Assembly (NCBI GenBank): GCA_021816765.1
Contig: JAKAXB010000007.1
Coordinates: 51,489 to 115,488, forward strand
Length of the DNA: 64,000 bases
Reading direction: 5' to 3'
Source of the DNA: Natronospirales bacterium
GTDB taxonomy: Bacteria > Pseudomonadota > Gammaproteobacteria > Natronospirales > REEB76
Every line of letters starts with the position of its first letter. Position 1 is the stretch's first letter. Positions 59,304 to 64,000 of this stretch are shown here, piece after piece. The translations under genes and the position numbers were made by a program. Under the pieces are notes generated by a model. The model had not been told where the DNA came from. It worked only from the letters and a program-made list of their open reading frames with translations, and did not search any database.

Positions 59304-59786
59304 TCAATGCATCACGCCGAGTGAATCGTCAAATACCAGGTCTTCCATGCGCGAATAGGCGTCTTCCTGGCCGGGGCGGTTGAACAATACCATGAGAATG
59401 ATCCATTTCACCTGTTCAAGGTCAATCTCGCTGCTGTCCAGGGCCATAATGCGCTCGATCACTACTTCACGCTGTGCTGGTTCGAGAATGCCGATGCCTT
59501 CAAGATACTGCAGGAAACCACGACACTCGGTGGTGAGATGCGTCAATTCCTGCTCGGCGTACACACGGAAACCGTCATGACGGTTGAGCACCGGTTCGGT
59601 TTCCGGCGGATTCCGCGCCAGATTTTCCAGCCAGTCGAACGCCTTGTTGATTTCGGTTTTGGGAAAGCCCGCTTCTTCCAGTTCCACAGTCAAAGACTCA
59701 CGATCGGTTTCAGTTTCTTCCTCATCATCATCCAGGTAGTTTTCGAATAGGTACATGAGAACGTCAAGCACATTTTCTTTCATCAT
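59304..59786 (-). CDS. smg: Smg (DUF494) family protein
   Basis: VLDVLMYLFENY...; a conserved partner of dprA. The 4-nt overlap with dprA fits this. Confidence 0.85.
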   Translation of the reverse strand: MMKENVLDVLMYLFENYLDDDEEETETDRESLTVELEEAGFPKTEINKAFDWLENLARNPPETEPVLNRHDGFRVYAEQELTHLTTECRGFLQYLEGIGILEPAQREVVIERIMALDSSEIDLEQVKWIILMVLFNRPGQEDAYSRMEDLVFDDSLGVMH

Positions 59787-61006
59787 GACGTTGGCCTCTT
59801 GTTCACCCGGGAATAACGTCCGCCCGACGCCGCTTCCACCTGACCTTGAAGCTCGAGCATCAGCAGCATGGAGGAAACCACGTCGGGCGTCAATCCAGTA
59901 CGCTCCACGAGTGCATCCACCGAAGTGGGTGCATAGTCCAGCGAATTCAAGAGCAGCCGGTATTCGGGGTCCACCGGCTCGGTGGCGGATACAGATGCAT
60001 TATGCGTTGCGTCGGTAACTGCTGCTTCGAGCTTCAGCAGCGGTGCCAGTTCCTCAAGGATATCGCCGGCGGATTCCACCAGTTTGGCGCCCTCGCGAAT
60101 CAGGCGGTGACAACCGCGTGCCAGCGGATTGTGGATGGAGCCGGGAATGGCGAACACCTCGCGTCCCTGCTCGCTGGCAAGCCGTGCGGTGATGAGCGAG
60201 CCGCTGGACTGAGCTGCTTCCACCACCAGCGTACCCACGCTGAGGCCGCTGATGAGGCGATTGCGCCGCGGAAAATTGTGCGGTAGCGGCGGTGTACCCG
60301 GTGGGAATTCCGACACCAAGAGACCCTTGGCGGCGATTTCCTCCGCCAGCTCGCGGTGGCTGGGCGGATAAGTTTTGTCGAGGCCGGTGCCCCACACCGC
60401 CAGCGTGGTACCGTCCGCCCCGAGAGCACCACGGTGGCTGGCGGCGTCAATGCCGAGCGCCATGCCGGAAGTGATAGTCAGGCCGCAGCGGGCGAGATAA
60501 GCGGCGAAATCCCCGGCGTTGCATCGTCCCTCACCGCTGGGATTGCGGCTGCCAACGATGGCAAGTTGCGGGGCGGAAAGCAGCGATGCATCACCGCGCA
60601 GGAACAGGGCGATGGGCGGGTCGGCGATCTGTGTGAGCAGCGTGGGATAACGTGAATCAGTGCGGGCCAGCAATTGCACGCTGGCGCTTTCCAGCCAGCG
60701 TAGGTCCTTTTCCACCAATGTCCAGTCGGGATTTCCCAGCCATGCGCGGGTCTCTGGGGCAATATCCGCCGCGCCCAAGTCCCGCGGCGCGGCGCGGAAA
60801 ATTCCTGCCACCGTGCCGCAGCGGGCCAGCAGGGCGGAAAAACCAGCGGGTCCGAGGCCAGGGGCGCGGACCAGGGCCAGCCAGCAAGTCGCTTCCTGTG
60901 CGTCTATGTCCTGATCCCCCTCTGGGGTATCTATCGGGTCTTGAAAAGGCCATCCCGGCGCTTTTCCAAATCGAAAACCCAAAATACAGTTTCCGGTTTC
61001 TTGCAT
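59783..61006 (-). CDS. dprA: DNA-processing protein DprA
   Basis: LAIVGSRNPS, GMALGIDAASHRGAL, VVEAAQSSGSLITA and FAIPGSIHNPLARGCHRLIREGAKLV. The exact start is uncertain. Confidence 0.9.
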   Translation of the reverse strand: MQETGNCILGFRFGKAPGWPFQDPIDTPEGDQDIDAQEATCWLALVRAPGLGPAGFSALLARCGTVAGIFRAAPRDLGAADIAPETRAWLGNPDWTLVEKDLRWLESASVQLLARTDSRYPTLLTQIADPPIALFLRGDASLLSAPQLAIVGSRNPSGEGRCNAGDFAAYLARCGLTITSGMALGIDAASHRGALGADGTTLAVWGTGLDKTYPPSHRELAEEIAAKGLLVSEFPPGTPPLPHNFPRRNRLISGLSVGTLVVEAAQSSGSLITARLASEQGREVFAIPGSIHNPLARGCHRLIREGAKLVESAGDILEELAPLLKLEAAVTDATHNASVSATEPVDPEYRLLLNSLDYAPTSVDALVERTGLTPDVVSSMLLMLELQGQVEAASGGRYSRVNKRPTS

Positions 61007-61080
61007 TTATCAATCAGAATAACTGATTGAAAAATTCTGGTATCCCTATCCCGGGTGGCAGGATGTTTTTCAACAGACTG

Positions 61081-62244
61081 CTAGGGATTCCTGACCACGT
61101 CCAGTATGTGGATTTCACGCTTTGCTTGCATCACCAGGGCGTAGCTTACCTTCTGGAAAGTGCGGAACACCATCAGCGTGCCTGCACGTTCTTCAGGCAG
61201 TCTCACCGAACTGCTCATGTCGTCGAAGGCGTATGGGTCGCTGATTTCGGAGCCGTGACGGTAAATGGCGAGCACCGTGCCGGGATCGAGGCCGGCATCA
61301 CTGCCGCGGTCCAGCACCACCACTTGGTATTGGCCGATTTGCGACATGCCGCCCAGTACCGCGATGATGTCGGCCTTTACCGGTTTCGCAGGGGCGTGTG
61401 GCATGAAATTGGGGTTGAGCCGCCGGGTAACCACCGGCAAGAAGCGATCACCGGCCATGGCTTCCTGAGCGGTGGTGGTGAGTACCACTTTCTGGGGATC
61501 GCCCCAGCGAACCACCACGCCGTCTCCGATGTACGTGGCTTGGTAACCGAGTATATCGCCGGTTTTCGGGTCCACGTACTTGCCCCCCAGGCGGTACAGG
61601 TTGTAGCGGCTGCCCTCGGAAGGCTTGAGACCGCGCGCGTAGGCTGCGCCACCGGCAGCCATGAGCGGCCGGCCGTCCAGTGAGCGCAGCAGATAACCGG
61701 AGTCCTTGAGTTCATCCTTGCTCACCACGCGTGTGGCGGAGAGGAACTGGCGGATGGAATTCAACGGAATCGCCGGGATGGCCTCGTTGAGGGGCTGGTA
61801 GCGTATTTCAGGTTTGAGCACCTCTACCGGCAGCCGGGGTGACGATGCCGCTTCGTTTACCACCTGGCCATGACGTATCACGCTGAGGGCCGGACGGCCG
61901 TTCACATAACCCAGTTTCAGTACGTCGCCGGGATAGATGAGATGCGGGTTCCTGATGGAGGGGTTGGCGTACCAGATATCCGGCCAGCGCCATGGGTCCC
62001 GCAGGTAGAGGGAGGCGATGCCCCACAGGGTATCGCCTGACTTCACCACATAGGTGAGCGGCGCCTGCGGTTGCATGACAGGGGCGGGGAGCGGCGGCGG
62101 GGCCGGCTGTGCTTGTGGGGCGGGTGTCGGAGGTGGCGGCGCAGCCGGGCTGGGTTGCGGTTTTTTCGGGGCACTGGCGCAGGCAGCAAGCAGAGCTGCC
62201 AGACACAGGGCTGCGAAGCAGCGGGGCGCGCTATAATCGTTCAT
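61081..62244 (-). CDS. LysM domain peptidoglycan-binding lipoprotein
   Basis: Lipobox LLAAC, a Pro-rich linker, and LysM (YVVKSGDTLWGIASLYL). It occupies the conserved position between dprA and def. Confidence 0.8.
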   Translation of the reverse strand: MNDYSAPRCFAALCLAALLAACASAPKKPQPSPAAPPPPTPAPQAQPAPPPLPAPVMQPQAPLTYVVKSGDTLWGIASLYLRDPWRWPDIWYANPSIRNPHLIYPGDVLKLGYVNGRPALSVIRHGQVVNEAASSPRLPVEVLKPEIRYQPLNEAIPAIPLNSIRQFLSATRVVSKDELKDSGYLLRSLDGRPLMAAGGAAYARGLKPSEGSRYNLYRLGGKYVDPKTGDILGYQATYIGDGVVVRWGDPQKVVLTTTAQEAMAGDRFLPVVTRRLNPNFMPHAPAKPVKADIIAVLGGMSQIGQYQVVVLDRGSDAGLDPGTVLAIYRHGSEISDPYAFDDMSSSVRLPEERAGTLMVFRTFQKVSYALVMQAKREIHILDVVRNP

Positions 62245-62451
62245 CGTGCAATCTCCCACGGACTCCGCCTGACACACCCTTACGTTTCCCAAGGCCCTTC
62301 TCGCGGGAGCGGCGGGCTTGCAAAACCAGCGGAAGTGCCGGGCAACTTTTTAACTCGCATCATAACTTTAGCAGCATTTTGTGCAAAAGTGCATGAGGAA
62401 TGAACCGGCCCCCCTTGAAAGACGGGGGTCTGCCGCCACCCGGGTAGAACC

Positions 62452-62985
62452 ATGGCCCTGCTGACCGTCCTGCATTACCCCGACCCCCGCCTGCGCATCC
62501 AAGCCAAGCCCATAGCGGCCGTGAGCGTCGAAACCCGCCGGCTCATCGCCGACATGCTGGAAACCATGTATGCGGCGCCGGGCATCGGTTTGGCCGCCAC
62601 CCAAGTGGGGGTGGATCAGCGGGTCATCGTGGTGGACGTCTCCGAGAACAACGACGAGTCGCGCGCCTTTGTCAATCCGGAAATCCTCGTCCGCGACGGC
62701 AAGGAGAAGATGCAGGAGGGCTGTTTGTCGGTGCCGGGAGTGTTCGAGGAAGTGGAACGTGCCGAACACATCCGCGTGCGGGCGCTTGATCGCGACGGCA
62801 AGCGTGTGGAATTCGATGCCGATGGCCTGCTGGCGGTGTGCATCCAGCATGAGATCGATCATCTCGACGGCAAGTTGTTCGTGGACTACCTTTCGGAACT
62901 CAAACGCCGGCGCATCCGCAAGAAACTGGAAAGAGAGCAGCGCGAAGAACACGAACGCAGCGGTGCAGCAGCGCCGGCCATTTGA
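62452..62985 (+). CDS. def: peptide deformylase
   Basis: [18 protein letters not shown] and HEIDHLDG. Confidence 0.95.
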   Translation: MALLTVLHYPDPRLRIQAKPIAAVSVETRRLIADMLETMYAAPGIGLAATQVGVDQRVIVVDVSENNDESRAFVNPEILVRDGKEKMQEGCLSVPGVFEEVERAEHIRVRALDRDGKRVEFDADGLLAVCIQHEIDHLDGKLFVDYLSELKRRRIRKKLEREQREEHERSGAAAPAI

Positions 62986-63235
62986 CCCTTTTCCCCACGG
63001 TCAACAACAGTGTTTTCTTGCGGGCTGCTCAGGCGACGTGGTTATGAACGCTTCTGAAAACTGCTGTTTGTAACCGCTGGTGGAATTGAGAATGTCCTTC
63101 CTTGCATGCGTTTCGCACCTCTGCTACGGGTGCCTGATTCCGGCTTGTCTGCCTATACTGGCCGTGTACACTGCGCATGCCCGGCCACTTCTACAGTGCT
63201 GCAGAGCAAGATCCCCGACTTCTTAAGAGGCACCC

Positions 63236-64000
63236 GTGCGCATTGCCTTTGCCGGTACCCCCGACTTCGCCCTGCCGGCGCTGGATGCGCTGGTGAAGGC
63301 GCGTCATGACATCGTCGGCGTGTGGACGCAGCCTGATCGCCCCGCCGGCCGCGGGCGCAAACTGTCCACTTCAGCGGTGAAACAGCGTGCATTGGAACTC
63401 TGCTTGCCGGTGTATCAACCGGGTACCCTCAAATCCGCGCAGGCACAGGCGGAAATCAAAGCCGCTGCCCCCGATGCCATGGTGGTGGCGGCGTATGGTT
63501 TGTTGCTGCCGTCCGCTGTGCTCGGCATCCCCCGTCACGGTTGTTTGAATATTCATGCGTCGCTGCTGCCGCGCTGGCGCGGTGCCGCGCCCATCCAGCG
63601 CGCCATCCTCGCCGGTGATGCGGAAACCGGCGTCACCATCATGCAGATGGGCAGGGGCCTGGATACCGGCGACATGCTGGCGGTACGCCGCACAAAAATT
63701 CATGATGCCGATACGGCGCAGACATTGTACGACAGGCTTGCGCTGTCAGGAGCAGACGCCATGTTGGAAGTGCTGGCGCAGTTACCCGACGTACGGCGTA
63801 TGCCACAGGACGACATGCAGGCTACTTACGCCGCTAAACTTGCCCGCGAGGAAGCGGAACTAGACTGGACACTGTCAGCCATGGTGCTTGCCCGGCGGGT
63901 GCGCGCCTACAATCTCTGGCCGGTGGCGTACACCCGCTGGCAGGGGGAGGTGCTGCGCATCTGGCATGCGCGTGCCATTTCCACAGCCGTTGCCGCCGTT
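63236..64000 (+). CDS. fmt: methionyl-tRNA formyltransferase (3' end outside window)
   Basis: Own translation from the GTG at 63236 (frame 2): VRIAFAGTPDFALPALDALV...QPDRPAGRGRK...NIHASLLPRWRGAAPIQRAI...GVTIMQM. The frame stays open to the window end. It is not in the ORF track because no stop lies in the window. Confidence 0.9.
   Translation, partial: MRIAFAGTPDFALPALDALVKARHDIVGVWTQPDRPAGRGRKLSTSAVKQRALELCLPVYQPGTLKSAQAQAEIKAAAPDAMVVAAYGLLLPSAVLGIPRHGCLNIHASLLPRWRGAAPIQRAILAGDAETGVTIMQMGRGLDTGDMLAVRRTKIHDADTAQTLYDRLALSGADAMLEVLAQLPDVRRMPQDDMQATYAAKLAREEAELDWTLSAMVLARRVRAYNLWPVAYTRWQGEVLRIWHARAISTAVAAV

Overview
GC-rich (roughly 63-65% by eye) proteobacterial chromosomal window with about 60 protein-coding genes. 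I saw no rRNA, tRNA, CRISPR array, transposase or integrase. From left to right: a decayed GDCCVxC Cys-rich gene, a DUF979/DUF969 pair, a DUF805-pilin fusion, an FNR-type reductase and gcdH. Next comes a truncated TPP-enzyme pseudogene, then a complete kdpFABC-porin-kdpDE locus with a recognisable KdpE box. After that: a SerB-SerA fusion gene, thrC, and an uncharacterised envelope triad (DUF4097 protein, beta-helix lipoprotein, DUF5916 outer-membrane protein), followed by an M28 peptidase, MAPEG and a PQQ-like propeller. A LytS-type kinase and a LytTR regulator are separated by a prx-yceI-cybB-yceI module that is bracketed by two diverged ~158-bp direct repeats. Further right is a small membrane protein/DUF2231/HTH-regulator operon behind a near-consensus promoter. 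A chromate-resistance island follows: chrA, an orphan cytochrome b, an outer-membrane channel, then divergently chrB, a cupredoxin, a chrF-like gene, a beta-propeller and a chrC-like SOD. The right third is conserved housekeeping (aroE, hemB, ECF sigma/anti-sigma, tag, tauE, dacB, hemF, tsaC, topA, smg, dprA, LysM, def, fmt). The best candidates for something undescribed are the chr-linked redox gene set built around a Rieske-less cytochrome b with a PLWY Qo motif, the repeat-bracketed split of the LytS/LytTR locus, and the DUF4097/lipoprotein/DUF5916 envelope triad. All functional calls rest on motif recognition by eye in the supplied translations. No database search was run.
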